Origin: Spirochaetia bacterium
GTDB lineage: Bacteria > Spirochaetota > Spirochaetia > UBA9216
Assembly: GCA_963677925.2 (NCBI GenBank)
Contig: CAXXYH010000004.1
Coordinates: 1,184,001-1,248,000 of the forward strand
Direction: 5' to 3'
Length of the DNA: 64,000 bases
Shown: in pieces, positions 10,446 through 19,855 of the stretch
How positions within the stretch are numbered: position 1 is the stretch's first letter
How the letters are laid out: the number at the start of each line of letters is the position of its first letter
Made by a program: the position numbers and the translations under genes
The notes under the pieces: generated by a model
Databases searched by the model: none
The model's input: only the letters and a program-made list of their open reading frames with translations
What the model was told of the DNA's origin: nothing

Positions 10446-10480
10446 CCGCTCTATTATTTAATAGTAGAGCGGTCTTATTT
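10446..10480 (+). terminator. Intrinsic terminator closing the glycerol module
   Basis: Stem CCGCTCTA (10446-10453) / TAGAGCGG (10465-10472) followed by TCTTATTT. Confidence 0.65.
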
Positions 10481-10572
10481 ATTAATGGTTAAATAGATTA
10501 AGTTTATTGCTTTGCTGAAAAAGCGGTAGTATCATTAATACAGGGAATATCTTTCTTTTTAAGGAGGCTTCT

Positions 10573-11925
10573 ATGTCAAATGAAACTATCGAAAAGAACG
10601 GTAAAGACAGCAGAAAATCCGGTGATTCAGTTAAAACTTTCGTAATAGACACGAACGTGTTTATTCACAAGCCTGATGCAATCCTCTCATTCAAGGATAA
10701 CGAGGTTGTCATTCCGCTTGCAGTACTTGAGGAACTGGACAGCCTGAAGCGTTTCAGTGATGAAAAAGGCCGCAGCGCAAGGCATGCAATACGCTTCCTC
10801 GACGCCCAGGCCGCCCGGGGCGGCTCCCTCAGTAACGGAATTAAAATGGAAAACGGTTCCATACTCAAGGTTCTCAGAGCCGGGGCGTCCACAATGCCTC
10901 CCGAACTTACTGCCCAGAAGGCGGATAACCGTATCATTCAGACAGCGCTCGATCTTCAGGCTCAGGGGCGGCGGGTTTTCCTTGTATCGAAGGATATAAA
11001 CGCCCGTGTAAAGGCTGAGGCTCTCGGACTTAAAGCTGTTGACTATGAAAAACAGAAAATTGATATAAAATCGCTCTATCAGGGCTGGCGTGAAGTCCAG
11101 GTTTCGAGGGATACATTTGAAAAATTCAGAAACGATAAGCGGATTGAGTGGCGCGATTCTCTGCGAAGTAACGAGTTTGTGGTGATGAAGGCTTCCGATG
11201 ACGGCGAGACGCTTATCGGCCGGTACTTCAGTCAGAATAATGAGCTGAGAATGCTACCCGCCAGGCGGCATTCAGTTTACGGTATAAAACCTCTTAACCC
11301 TGAACAGAAGATGGCATTTGAGCTTCTGCTTGATGAGTCTGTATCTCTGGTTACCCTGGTAGGTCAGGCCGGAACAGGAAAAACCCTTCTGGCGCTGGCC
11401 TCCGGGCTTGCCAAGGTCATCGATGAAGCAAAGTATAACCGGATGCTGGTTTCGCGGCCGGTAATTCCAATGGGTAAGGACATCGGCTATCTGCCCGGAG
11501 ACAAGGGTGAAAAACTGTCCCACTGGATGCAGCCGATATTCGATAATCTTGAGTACATACTCGGAATCAACCGGAAAAAGGATGACGAGAAGGGCGTTGA
11601 CTGGTTTATAAAGAACAATCTTCTCGAAGTTGAAGGGCTTACATATATCCGCGGCCGTTCGCTTCCGGAGCAGTATATAATCATAGATGAGGCACAGAAT
11701 CTTACACCTCATGAGATTAAAACCATCGTCAGCCGGGCTGGAAAGAATACCAAGGTTGTTCTTACCGGCGACCCCTACCAGATTGACAGCCCCTATCTTG
11801 ATACAAACTCAAACGGTCTTTCATACCTGGTTGAAGCGTTCAAGGGCCAGCAGATTTACGGGCATGTTACTTTGACTCATACCGAGCGAAGTGATCTGGC
11901 GGAACTTGCAGCGCAATTGCTTTAG
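10573..11925 (+). CDS. PIN + PhoH ATPase (PhoH2/YlaK type)
   Basis: PIN motifs VIDTNVF, VLEELD, ADNRII and LVSKDIN. Walker A GQAGTGKT, plus IGYLPG, RGRS, IIDEAQN and GDPYQID. Confidence 0.92.
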   Translation: MSNETIEKNGKDSRKSGDSVKTFVIDTNVFIHKPDAILSFKDNEVVIPLAVLEELDSLKRFSDEKGRSARHAIRFLDAQAARGGSLSNGIKMENGSILKVLRAGASTMPPELTAQKADNRIIQTALDLQAQGRRVFLVSKDINARVKAEALGLKAVDYEKQKIDIKSLYQGWREVQVSRDTFEKFRNDKRIEWRDSLRSNEFVVMKASDDGETLIGRYFSQNNELRMLPARRHSVYGIKPLNPEQKMAFELLLDESVSLVTLVGQAGTGKTLLALASGLAKVIDEAKYNRMLVSRPVIPMGKDIGYLPGDKGEKLSHWMQPIFDNLEYILGINRKKDDEKGVDWFIKNNLLEVEGLTYIRGRSLPEQYIIIDEAQNLTPHEIKTIVSRAGKNTKVVLTGDPYQIDSPYLDTNSNGLSYLVEAFKGQQIYGHVTLTHTERSDLAELAAQLL

Positions 11926-11993
11926 TTTTAGATGAAGCTCTCTTGCATCTGTATTTTGAATTTTCTATATTTTATATAGAGAGGATAACTGAG

Positions 11994-12221
11994 ATGAAAT
12001 GTACGGAATGTGACGGTCAGTTGGAAGAAGGTTATAATTTCTGTCCGCATTGCGGAAACCCAGTCAGCTCTATTGATGAGCTCAGACAGAGTATTGGTGA
12101 GTCTTTTGACAAACTTGAAGAGGTTGTATATGGAGATGCTCTGCTCAGGCTGGAAAATCTGTCCCTCAGACTTATTGATATTGAGTCTGAACTTGATACC
12201 TTCATACTCTCAAAGAAGTGA
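11994..12221 (+). CDS. Small zinc-ribbon protein with a helical tail
   Basis: MKCTEC...NFCPHCG. ATG at 11994 follows GAGG. Confidence 0.7.
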   Translation: MKCTECDGQLEEGYNFCPHCGNPVSSIDELRQSIGESFDKLEEVVYGDALLRLENLSLRLIDIESELDTFILSKK

Positions 12222-12222
12222 T

Positions 12223-12250
12223 CAGCCGCTGTTAAAAGGCGGCTGCTTTT
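12223..12250 (+). terminator. Probable intrinsic terminator
   Basis: CAGCCGC-loop-GCGGCTG followed by CTTTT. Confidence 0.55.
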
Positions 12251-12310
12251 GAAAGAAGATCACATTTTTTACTGTACACAAAGCCTAAGCATGCCGAAAA
12301 TTTCATAGAT

Positions 12311-14584
12311 ATGAAGAAATCCTTTTTTCTGCTGCCTTTTCTTATAATTATTGCTGTTTCTCTGAATGCCCAGGTGCTTTTCAAGACTCCTGTTTTCGGT
12401 GAAGGAGAGAATCTGCTTTTCAGCGCAGAGCTTGAATGCCCCGGTTTCGGACGCTACTCAACCTTATTTGATGTAAATCTTGATGACAGAGATTTTTCCC
12501 AGCTGACAATCTTCCCCGAAGAAGCTGTAATGCTTGACGGCGGCAATACACTGCAGATCCGCAACAGATATGGTTTATTCAGGACTAAGAGCGATTTCTC
12601 CGGTTTTGAAGTTATAAAATCATATCCCGGATTCATTGAAGGCAAACAAATAAAGGAAGGAAAGATGTTTCCTTCGCATCCGTCACCGGACGGCCGCTAC
12701 CTTGCATATCTGCAGCCTGTTTCCCATGGCTATGCATCGCTTATTCTATATGATGTAGCTGAAGGAACGGAAACCGTAATATCAGATAATCTCGATCTCA
12801 CTTACAGCGATGAAGTAGTTCTCTGGGCTCCGGATTCTGAGTTTTTCGTCTACAGCAAGGGCGGAGAGGTTTTCTATTACTCGCTTGAACAATACTATGC
12901 GGGCAAGACTCTGGCCGAAGAGTTCAGAAAGATCGGCAAGGGCCTCATTTCAAATGTGCGATGGTCGGCCGGCAAAGAGCTTTTTTATCTGTCAGACTCC
13001 ATCATATACAAGATAATCCCTGCTCAGCTGTTCACAACATCCCTGTACCGTGAGCTGATGGAGATCGGTGAGATCTCCGGCAAGATTCCCTTTGATTTCG
13101 ATCCCGCTTTCGACAGTTTTTATGTATCTCCCGATGGTGAAAAGATTATCTTCAATAAAGCAGGAAGCAATATCTTCCTTTACTTTCTTAAAAACTCCAA
13201 CTACATCTCAACTGGCGATGTGGTTTCTCTGCCCTACCTTTACCTGCCCAGGAATACAAGGCTTAAAAAGGTTGTATGGCCCACAAGCGATATAGTTACA
13301 ATACTTACGACCCGAATTGAGGGAGGAACTCAGAAGACCTCTGTTTTCAGATTCGACCTTCGATATACCGATAAACCTCTTGAATTCAAACAGATTCCGG
13401 AAGAGAATGTAACAGATCTTGAGCTGTCCATGAATTCCGAGACTGTTGCGGTTCTCTACAACGACAGAATAGCCTTCAAGGATTATAAGACCTGGAGTAC
13501 ATCGAGCACACTGAAGTTCGACAGTCCTATTAAATCTTTCTGGGTTTCAGACTCCGAGCTTCTGATTACCGGAAAATATTCTACAGAAAAATATGATATT
13601 TATACCGACAGTTCTGCCGTCCTTACTGTTTCACAGGCAGATACCTCCGGGTACACAAAATCCGGTTCCGTGTATGCCTCTTCAAACGGAAACCTGTTTA
13701 TCCTCGATAAGGAAACAGGATGGAAGCGTGTTTTCAGTCTTGATGAGGAAGTTCCGGTCTCAGTGTCGGATAAATACCGCGTTTATACTCAGGATCAGAC
13801 AGCAGGACCCTATCAGAATATGATAATGATGAGGAAACTGGACAGCTTCGGCACCGAAGCCCTCTTTCCATATCCTGAAACCGAATATGAAGCCTTCCCG
13901 GCCAGGGATGACGATATAAACTTCGACAACTTCTCTCATGGGTCCCGAATCCGCAGGAGAGAAATTTCAATAGTATTCAACGCTATTGATTCGGCAGAGG
14001 GCCTCACCGAAGTTCTTAATGTGCTTGATCATTATGATATAAGCGCAACTTTCTTTGTTAACGGTAACTTTATGCGGAGAAACCCGGAGGCTGTGCAGGA
14101 ACTAGCCAATTCTTCTCATGAAATCGGATCACTTTTTTATTCATATTTTAACATGACTGATGCAAGATACCGGCTTGATAAAGAATTTATCAAGAGAGGC
14201 CTTGCCCGGAACGAGGATGACTACTATGCTTTAACTGGGGAGGAGCTTGCATTACTTTGGCATGCACCTTATTATGTCGTGAGCAGCGATATTATTGATG
14301 CATCCAAGGAAATGAACTATACCTATATCAACCGTGATATTGATCCGCTTGAATGGGTATGGGATGTAAGAGGCCTGAGCAGCCAGGGTCTGAGTGTTGC
14401 TGAAATGATCGAAACCATTATGAATAAGAAGAAACCCGGTTCGATCATCCCAATCAGACTCGGTGAATCCACCGACGGAACCGAACCATTATTTGCCAGT
14501 CTTGAACTGCTTCTGAACGACCTTATTGAACAGGGATATTCGGTTGTTCCGGTAAGCGTGCTAATTGACCGGGCAAGAAGGTGA
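12311..14584 (+). CDS. Exported beta-propeller + polysaccharide deacetylase-like (NodB) protein
   Basis: Signal peptide. TolB-like repeats (PSPDGRYLAY, WAPDS, VSPDGEKIIF). C-terminal NodB-like fold (ATFFVNG, HEIGS, WHAPYY, PGSII, GYSVVPVS). Confidence 0.75.
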   Translation: MKKSFFLLPFLIIIAVSLNAQVLFKTPVFGEGENLLFSAELECPGFGRYSTLFDVNLDDRDFSQLTIFPEEAVMLDGGNTLQIRNRYGLFRTKSDFSGFEVIKSYPGFIEGKQIKEGKMFPSHPSPDGRYLAYLQPVSHGYASLILYDVAEGTETVISDNLDLTYSDEVVLWAPDSEFFVYSKGGEVFYYSLEQYYAGKTLAEEFRKIGKGLISNVRWSAGKELFYLSDSIIYKIIPAQLFTTSLYRELMEIGEISGKIPFDFDPAFDSFYVSPDGEKIIFNKAGSNIFLYFLKNSNYISTGDVVSLPYLYLPRNTRLKKVVWPTSDIVTILTTRIEGGTQKTSVFRFDLRYTDKPLEFKQIPEENVTDLELSMNSETVAVLYNDRIAFKDYKTWSTSSTLKFDSPIKSFWVSDSELLITGKYSTEKYDIYTDSSAVLTVSQADTSGYTKSGSVYASSNGNLFILDKETGWKRVFSLDEEVPVSVSDKYRVYTQDQTAGPYQNMIMMRKLDSFGTEALFPYPETEYEAFPARDDDINFDNFSHGSRIRRREISIVFNAIDSAEGLTEVLNVLDHYDISATFFVNGNFMRRNPEAVQELANSSHEIGSLFYSYFNMTDARYRLDKEFIKRGLARNEDDYYALTGEELALLWHAPYYVVSSDIIDASKEMNYTYINRDIDPLEWVWDVRGLSSQGLSVAEMIETIMNKKKPGSIIPIRLGESTDGTEPLFASLELLLNDLIEQGYSVVPVSVLIDRARR

Positions 14585-14618
14585 TTTGTAAAATCTTTAA
14601 AAAAAGAGAAAAGATCTC

Positions 14619-14645
14619 TAAAGGGTCTTTTGAAATCACCGATAA
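14619..14645 (+). promoter_or_regulatory. Sigma-28 (FliA)-type promoter
   Basis: TAAA (14619-14622), a 15-nt spacer, then ACCGATAA (14638-14645), against consensus TAAA-N15-GCCGATAA. It lies about 50 nt upstream of fliS. Confidence 0.75.
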
Positions 14646-14694
14646 TTATAAATAATCTGTCCTTGGGCAGTAAATCAGACAGGGAGATGGAATC

Positions 14695-15120
14695 TTGAGC
14701 AATCTAAATCCGTTGAATGCGTACCGTGAGACTAACATTAAGACAGCCAGTCAGGGCAAACTGGTATTAATGCTGTACACGGAGGCAGTGCGGCAGATGG
14801 AAACAGCAGTTTCCGCCCTTGAATCGGCCAAGCCGCAGATCGACCAGATTAATAATGCCCTTATTAAGGCCCAGGATATTATCACCGAACTTATGGTATC
14901 CCTGGATTTTGACCGGGGCGGTGAGATTGCCAAGAATCTGTACAGCCTCTACATCTTTTTCAACCGTGAGCTGATGCTTGCAAACGTCAAAAAAGATCCT
15001 GAACCCGTTAAATCAATCATTATTATGATGAAGGATCTAAAGGATGCCTGGCAGCAGGTTTTTCAGAAGGCAGGTGCGAATGTACCTCAGGCCTCAACCG
15101 GTATTAATATCGCAGGTTAA
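14695..15120 (+). CDS. fliS: Flagellin export chaperone FliS
   Basis: NAYRET.IKTAS.GKLVLMLY, KAQDIITELM.SLD..GGEIAKNL.SLY and LKDAW motifs. Confidence 0.95.
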   Translation: MSNLNPLNAYRETNIKTASQGKLVLMLYTEAVRQMETAVSALESAKPQIDQINNALIKAQDIITELMVSLDFDRGGEIAKNLYSLYIFFNRELMLANVKKDPEPVKSIIIMMKDLKDAWQQVFQKAGANVPQASTGINIAG

Positions 15121-15557
15121 TGTCTGACCCCGGCAGTTTTCTGCTTAATCTCTTAAAATATCTTGAAGAATTAAAAAAAAGCTATCTCACACTCATGGAT
15201 ATTCTGTCCTTTGAACAGGAGGATATTCTTTCAGGTGACCAGGAAAAACTATGCATTCATACAGATCTGGAAAAATCACAGGTAGAAAAAATCATCTCGT
15301 ATACAAAGACCTGCAATGCCCTGCTATTTGACTATGAAGAGGAACGCTCTCCTCAAAACAGCGAAATAAGCCGCCTTTACGGGGAGATAGATAGTCTGAG
15401 AAAACAGGCTGCCGAACGCGGAGAAGCGAATATAGTGCTTCTTTCTGAAAAGATGTCGGCATTAAAGAACCGTATTGAGAGGTCCAGACTTCCTAAATTT
15501 GCCCGAAGGATATATTATTCTGGGGATAACCCTAACCAATTGGATATAAAGATATGA
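15120..15557 (+). CDS. FlgN-like helical flagellar chaperone
   Basis: 145 aa all-helical protein coupled to fliS (TAATG overlap). The EQ..I..GD.EKL and N..LL patterns and the C-terminal Y...LDIKI resemble FlgN. Confidence 0.55.
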   Translation: MSDPGSFLLNLLKYLEELKKSYLTLMDILSFEQEDILSGDQEKLCIHTDLEKSQVEKIISYTKTCNALLFDYEEERSPQNSEISRLYGEIDSLRKQAAERGEANIVLLSEKMSALKNRIERSRLPKFARRIYYSGDNPNQLDIKI

Positions 15558-18370
15558 AAGAAAACAACAGGGCCGTCTACCTTCTCGACGGGTACAGCCT
15601 TATTTACCGTTCCTATTTTGCATTTATCAACAGACCGCTTATCAACTCGAAGGGGGAAAATACATCCGCAGTCTTCGGTTTTTTCAGAAGCATTGCAAAT
15701 CTCTTTGAGACATTCAAACCGGAATACTTTGCTGTTGTGCTTGATTCAAGAGTTCCGACATTCAGGCATGAACAGTATCCCGAATACAAGGCCAACCGTG
15801 AAAAAGCTCCGGACGATCTTCATGCACAGATTCCGGTAATTGAAAAGATTCTTGAAGCCATGAATCTGAAGATAGTCCGCAAGGACCGCTTTGAGGCTGA
15901 TGATATCATTGCCTATTTTGCCGGGATGGCCTCTTCCGAGGAGAGGCCCTGCTATATAATAACCGGCGATAAGGACCTGCTTCAGCTTGTTGATGATAAG
16001 GTCAGGATAATGAAGCCGGACAAGGGAGAGTATAAAATACTCGGACTTCCCGAGGTTGAAGAAGAATGGGGCGTCGGGCCTGAAAAGATCATAGACTACC
16101 TTGCCCTGACCGGCGACCAGGCTGATAATGTTCCCGGTGTACGCGGAATAGGTCCGAAAACTGCAGTCAAGCTTCTTTCCGAGTTCGGCGATCTTGACGG
16201 TGTTTATGCCAACCTCGATTCTCAGACCGCCTCGGTTAAAAAGAAACTTGAAGAGAGCAGGGAAAACGCCTACCTCAGCCGTGAACTTGTAACACTCAAG
16301 CCTGACTGCGGTCTGGAGCTTGGAATCGAATCACTTTCAGCTTCGGACTGGAAGCCTGCTGACGGAGCTGTACTTCTTCGTGAATACGAGGTTACAAGCG
16401 TTGCCGACAAGCTTTCCGGAGAAAACGGCGATTTTGCAGGCTCCGCAGGAACTGAAAGCAAGGCCGGTGGAAAAAAGGAAGCGGCAAAATCGCCCGAGCG
16501 GCTGTACGGCGGAGATCCTCTGTTTACAGGAATCTCAGGACTTGCACAGAAGCACTCAGTCTTTGCCGGCAAGGGAAAGTATGAGGCGGTTACCGATACT
16601 GATGCACTTGAAAAGCTTGCCCGGCAGGTCAGGAAGGCTGGTCTGTTTGCCTTTGACTGTGAAACTGACAGCCTTGATTCTGTTGCAGCGGTGCCCATAG
16701 GATTCTCAATCACTATTGAAGCAGGCTCGGGCTGGTATATTCCGCTTCGCGCTGCCGATGAATCAGGTGAAGTAAAAGATTACTTTGCTGATGAGCATGT
16801 CAGAAAGGTTCTGAAACCGCTTCTTGAAGATGAAGGTATTAAAGTCGTCGGGCAGAATATTAAATACGACTACAAGGTTCTTAAACGCTGGGGCATTCAG
16901 ATTAAGGGAATCTGCTTTGATACTATGACCGCTGCCTGGATGCTGGACAGCAGTCTCGGTCAGTTTAACATGGACCTGCTTGCTGAGCGTGCAATCGGCT
17001 ACCAGACAGTACACTACGATGATGTTGTACCTAAGAACGAGATTTTCGACAAGGTTGCTCTTGAAAATGCCGTGAACTATGCAGCCGAGGATACCGATAT
17101 TACATTCCGGCTCTATAAATGCTTTGAACCTGAACTCAAAGAACGGGGCATGATGAAGCTCTATAATGATATTGAACTTCCCCTGGTAACTGTTCTTGCC
17201 GAGATGGAGCTGCGGGGCATTATCATAGATGCTAAGCTTCTTTCAGACTTCGGAGTTGTCCTGGGTGAACAGCTTGAGACCATTAAGAATGAAATATATG
17301 AACTCTGCGGGATGGAGTTCAACATAAACTCGACAAAACAGCTGCAGGAAGTCCTTTTTGAAAAGCGGGGACTCAAGCCGATTAAGAAGACGAAAACCGG
17401 ATATTCTACCAATGTACAGGTCCTTGAAATACTTGCTGAGCAGGATCCTGTTCCGGAGAAAATACTCGAGCACCGAAGCCTTTCAAAGCTCAAGTCAACC
17501 TATGTTGATACCCTTCCTGCCCTTGTTAACAGCGAAACAGGACGCATTCATACCCAGTTTATACAGACGGGAACTGCAACCGGCCGCCTTTCTTCGAAGG
17601 ACCCGAACCTGCAGAATATTCCGGTAAAAACTGATAACGGCAGAAAGATAAGGGAAGCATTCATTCCTGCCGAAGGCTGCAGATTCCTCAGTGCCGACTA
17701 TTCCCAGATAGAGCTGGTTGTTCTGGCACATCTTTCCGGGGATGAGGGGCTTAAAAGGGCCTTCCTTGAGGGAGAGGATGTCCATAAGCAGACCGCCGCG
17801 CTTATATTCGATGTATTTCCGGAGTTTGTTACCCCCGATCAGCGCCGTGTGGCCAAGACAATCAACTTCGGCGTTATGTACGGTATGTCGGCATTCAGGC
17901 TGTCGAGGGAACTCAAGATTCCCCGAAAGACAGCAGATGAGTTTATAGGCGCCTACTTTGCCAGATACAAGCGGATAAAGGAATATATAGAAAAAATTGC
18001 CGATGAAGCAGGCTCCACAGGGATTGTTCACACAATAATGGGACATGAACGCTATATTCACGGCATAAACAGCAGAAACGCTACCGAAAGGGCAGGAGCT
18101 GAGCGGATTGCGCTGAATACTCCGATACAGGGTTCTGCTGCCGATATAGTCAAGATGGCAATGCTGGCTCTCGACAAGGAACTTGAACAGCGAAAGCTGA
18201 AATCCAGACTGCTGCTTCAGGTGCATGATGAACTCATATTTGAGGTTCCCGAAGATGAAATTGCCGAGATGGAAACACTTGTGAAATCGGTTATGGAATC
18301 AGTTTATAAGCTTGATATTCCGCTGCGGGTCAATGTTGAGATCGGTGCCTGCTGGGGAGACATGCATTAA
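15554..18370 (+). CDS. polA: DNA polymerase I
   Basis: 5'-3' exonuclease (LLDGYSLIYRSY, EADD, GDKD, GD..DNVPGV.GIG.KTA), 3'-5' exonuclease (FAFDCET) and polymerase motifs (DYSQIEL, AKTINFGVMYG, QVHDEL). Confidence 0.98.
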   Translation: MKENNRAVYLLDGYSLIYRSYFAFINRPLINSKGENTSAVFGFFRSIANLFETFKPEYFAVVLDSRVPTFRHEQYPEYKANREKAPDDLHAQIPVIEKILEAMNLKIVRKDRFEADDIIAYFAGMASSEERPCYIITGDKDLLQLVDDKVRIMKPDKGEYKILGLPEVEEEWGVGPEKIIDYLALTGDQADNVPGVRGIGPKTAVKLLSEFGDLDGVYANLDSQTASVKKKLEESRENAYLSRELVTLKPDCGLELGIESLSASDWKPADGAVLLREYEVTSVADKLSGENGDFAGSAGTESKAGGKKEAAKSPERLYGGDPLFTGISGLAQKHSVFAGKGKYEAVTDTDALEKLARQVRKAGLFAFDCETDSLDSVAAVPIGFSITIEAGSGWYIPLRAADESGEVKDYFADEHVRKVLKPLLEDEGIKVVGQNIKYDYKVLKRWGIQIKGICFDTMTAAWMLDSSLGQFNMDLLAERAIGYQTVHYDDVVPKNEIFDKVALENAVNYAAEDTDITFRLYKCFEPELKERGMMKLYNDIELPLVTVLAEMELRGIIIDAKLLSDFGVVLGEQLETIKNEIYELCGMEFNINSTKQLQEVLFEKRGLKPIKKTKTGYSTNVQVLEILAEQDPVPEKILEHRSLSKLKSTYVDTLPALVNSETGRIHTQFIQTGTATGRLSSKDPNLQNIPVKTDNGRKIREAFIPAEGCRFLSADYSQIELVVLAHLSGDEGLKRAFLEGEDVHKQTAALIFDVFPEFVTPDQRRVAKTINFGVMYGMSAFRLSRELKIPRKTADEFIGAYFARYKRIKEYIEKIADEAGSTGIVHTIMGHERYIHGINSRNATERAGAERIALNTPIQGSAADIVKMAMLALDKELEQRKLKSRLLLQVHDELIFEVPEDEIAEMETLVKSVMESVYKLDIPLRVNVEIGACWGDMH

Positions 18371-18978
18371 TGGTTATCGGACTTACCGGTAAATACTGTG
18401 CCGGGAAGAATGCTGTATCTGCAGTTCTTGAAGAAGCAGGCGCTGCTGTTATCGATGTTGATAAGCTGGGACATCAGGCCCTTGCTGAAAACAGCTTAAA
18501 AATTGCAGATGTATTCGGAAAGGATATTATTGATCCTGACGGCAGTGTTAACCGCCGGAAGCTCGGGGCTGTGGTTTTCTCGGACCCGTCTATGCTTGCC
18601 AAGCTTGAATCCATAAGCCATCCGTGGATGGTGGAAAAGACCCGCCGGCTGATAACAGAATATCAGACTGCCGGAAAAGAGAATGTGATTATCAATGCGG
18701 CAATCCTTCTTCATATGAAACTGCATGTTCTGTGTTCAGCGGTTATCTGGGTTGATGCACCGTTTTTTACCAGAATCGACAGAGGCATGAAGCGCGATAA
18801 TATGGGGCTGTCGGCCGTACTCAAAAGAATTTGGTCACAGCGTTCACTCAAAGCTCAACCATTAAGGAAATATGTCGATACTTATACTATAAGGAATTCT
18901 GACGGAACTGATCTTCTGAACAGTAAAGTCAGAACTTTGCTTGAGGAAATAGAACAGAAGGGACGAAATGGAAGATAG
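18370..18978 (+). CDS. coaE: Dephospho-CoA kinase
   Basis: IGLTGKYCAGKN P-loop, IDVDKLGH, NRRKLG.VVF and LESISHP motifs. Coupled to polA. Confidence 0.9.
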   Translation: MVIGLTGKYCAGKNAVSAVLEEAGAAVIDVDKLGHQALAENSLKIADVFGKDIIDPDGSVNRRKLGAVVFSDPSMLAKLESISHPWMVEKTRRLITEYQTAGKENVIINAAILLHMKLHVLCSAVIWVDAPFFTRIDRGMKRDNMGLSAVLKRIWSQRSLKAQPLRKYVDTYTIRNSDGTDLLNSKVRTLLEEIEQKGRNGR

Positions 18979-19675
18979 AAAAACCCTGTGGATAATTTTT
19001 GCACTTGGCGTGATGGTACTTGTTGTTGTCGGAATCGGATTCTTCTGGTTTCTGCCTGATGACAGAGCAACTGCCGGTGCCGGAGCCGCCAATAATAATG
19101 CTTCATTAGCTGGTAAATCGGGTTTTGACCCGGTCGAATGGGTCAGAAAGGATGAGGTTTTTACCGACCTTGAAGACAACAAGGATGCATCAGAAGACTT
19201 CGTTGTAACATCCGAAGAGCTTGTTTACGGTATGCCGGAGAATACCGGGATCGAAGGCACGGGAACTGCTGAAGGAACTGCTGCCGACAGGGAAATCACC
19301 CTTGAGCTTCCCCAGGTTGTTCAGGATAAGCAGGCTGTCGCCGCAAGACCGGTTGTCAGTACACCTGCTGCAGCTGCTCCTGTTAAGGCTCCCGAACCGA
19401 AGACGACAGAGAGACAGGCTGTCAGAACAACCGAGTACTGGATTCAGGCCGGTTCATTTTCTTCACTTGGAAAGGCTACCGATGTTAAGGAAAGGCTTTC
19501 TGAAGAAGGTATAACCTGCACAATAACTACCACTGAAGTTAACGGAAGCAGTTATTACCGTGTAAGGCTCGGACCTTACACCGAAAAGCAGGAAGCAGGT
19601 AAGTTTCTTGAATGGATCAAGGCGATCCGGGGCTTTGAAAGCAGCTACATTTCAGAGGTTTACGTTACTAAATAG
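18968..19675 (+). CDS. SPOR domain membrane-anchored protein
   Basis: N-terminal TM helix, Ala/Pro/Thr-rich linker, SPOR motifs YWIQAGSFS and YYRVRLGPY. Confidence 0.88.
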   Translation: MEDRKTLWIIFALGVMVLVVVGIGFFWFLPDDRATAGAGAANNNASLAGKSGFDPVEWVRKDEVFTDLEDNKDASEDFVVTSEELVYGMPENTGIEGTGTAEGTAADREITLELPQVVQDKQAVAARPVVSTPAAAAPVKAPEPKTTERQAVRTTEYWIQAGSFSSLGKATDVKERLSEEGITCTITTTEVNGSSYYRVRLGPYTEKQEAGKFLEWIKAIRGFESSYISEVYVTK

Positions 19676-19728
19676 GTAAAAAGGGCACTGCCGGTAACCC
19701 GCCGCAGAGGCTCATAAAATTGGGTTCT

Positions 19729-19760
19729 ATCGGTTCCGCGCAAGCGGGCCGATTTTTTTT
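19729..19760 (+). terminator. Intrinsic terminator of the fliS-polA-coaE-SPOR run
   Basis: Stem ATCGGTTCCGC-GCAA-GCGGGCCGAT (GNRA loop) followed by a long T run. Confidence 0.8.
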
Positions 19761-19855
19761 GTTTTTGTAATCAGCTGGAATCCTGAATAAAAGTACCTGA
19801 AGATTGTACTTATAGCTGTATATTGTCTATCATAGAAACAATAAGGAGATTAACT

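Noticed and set aside
12270-12300. Possible second sigma-28 promoter (GCCGAAAA) before the NodB-like gene
   Set aside because: No TAAA at the 15-nt spacing; only a partial -10 match.
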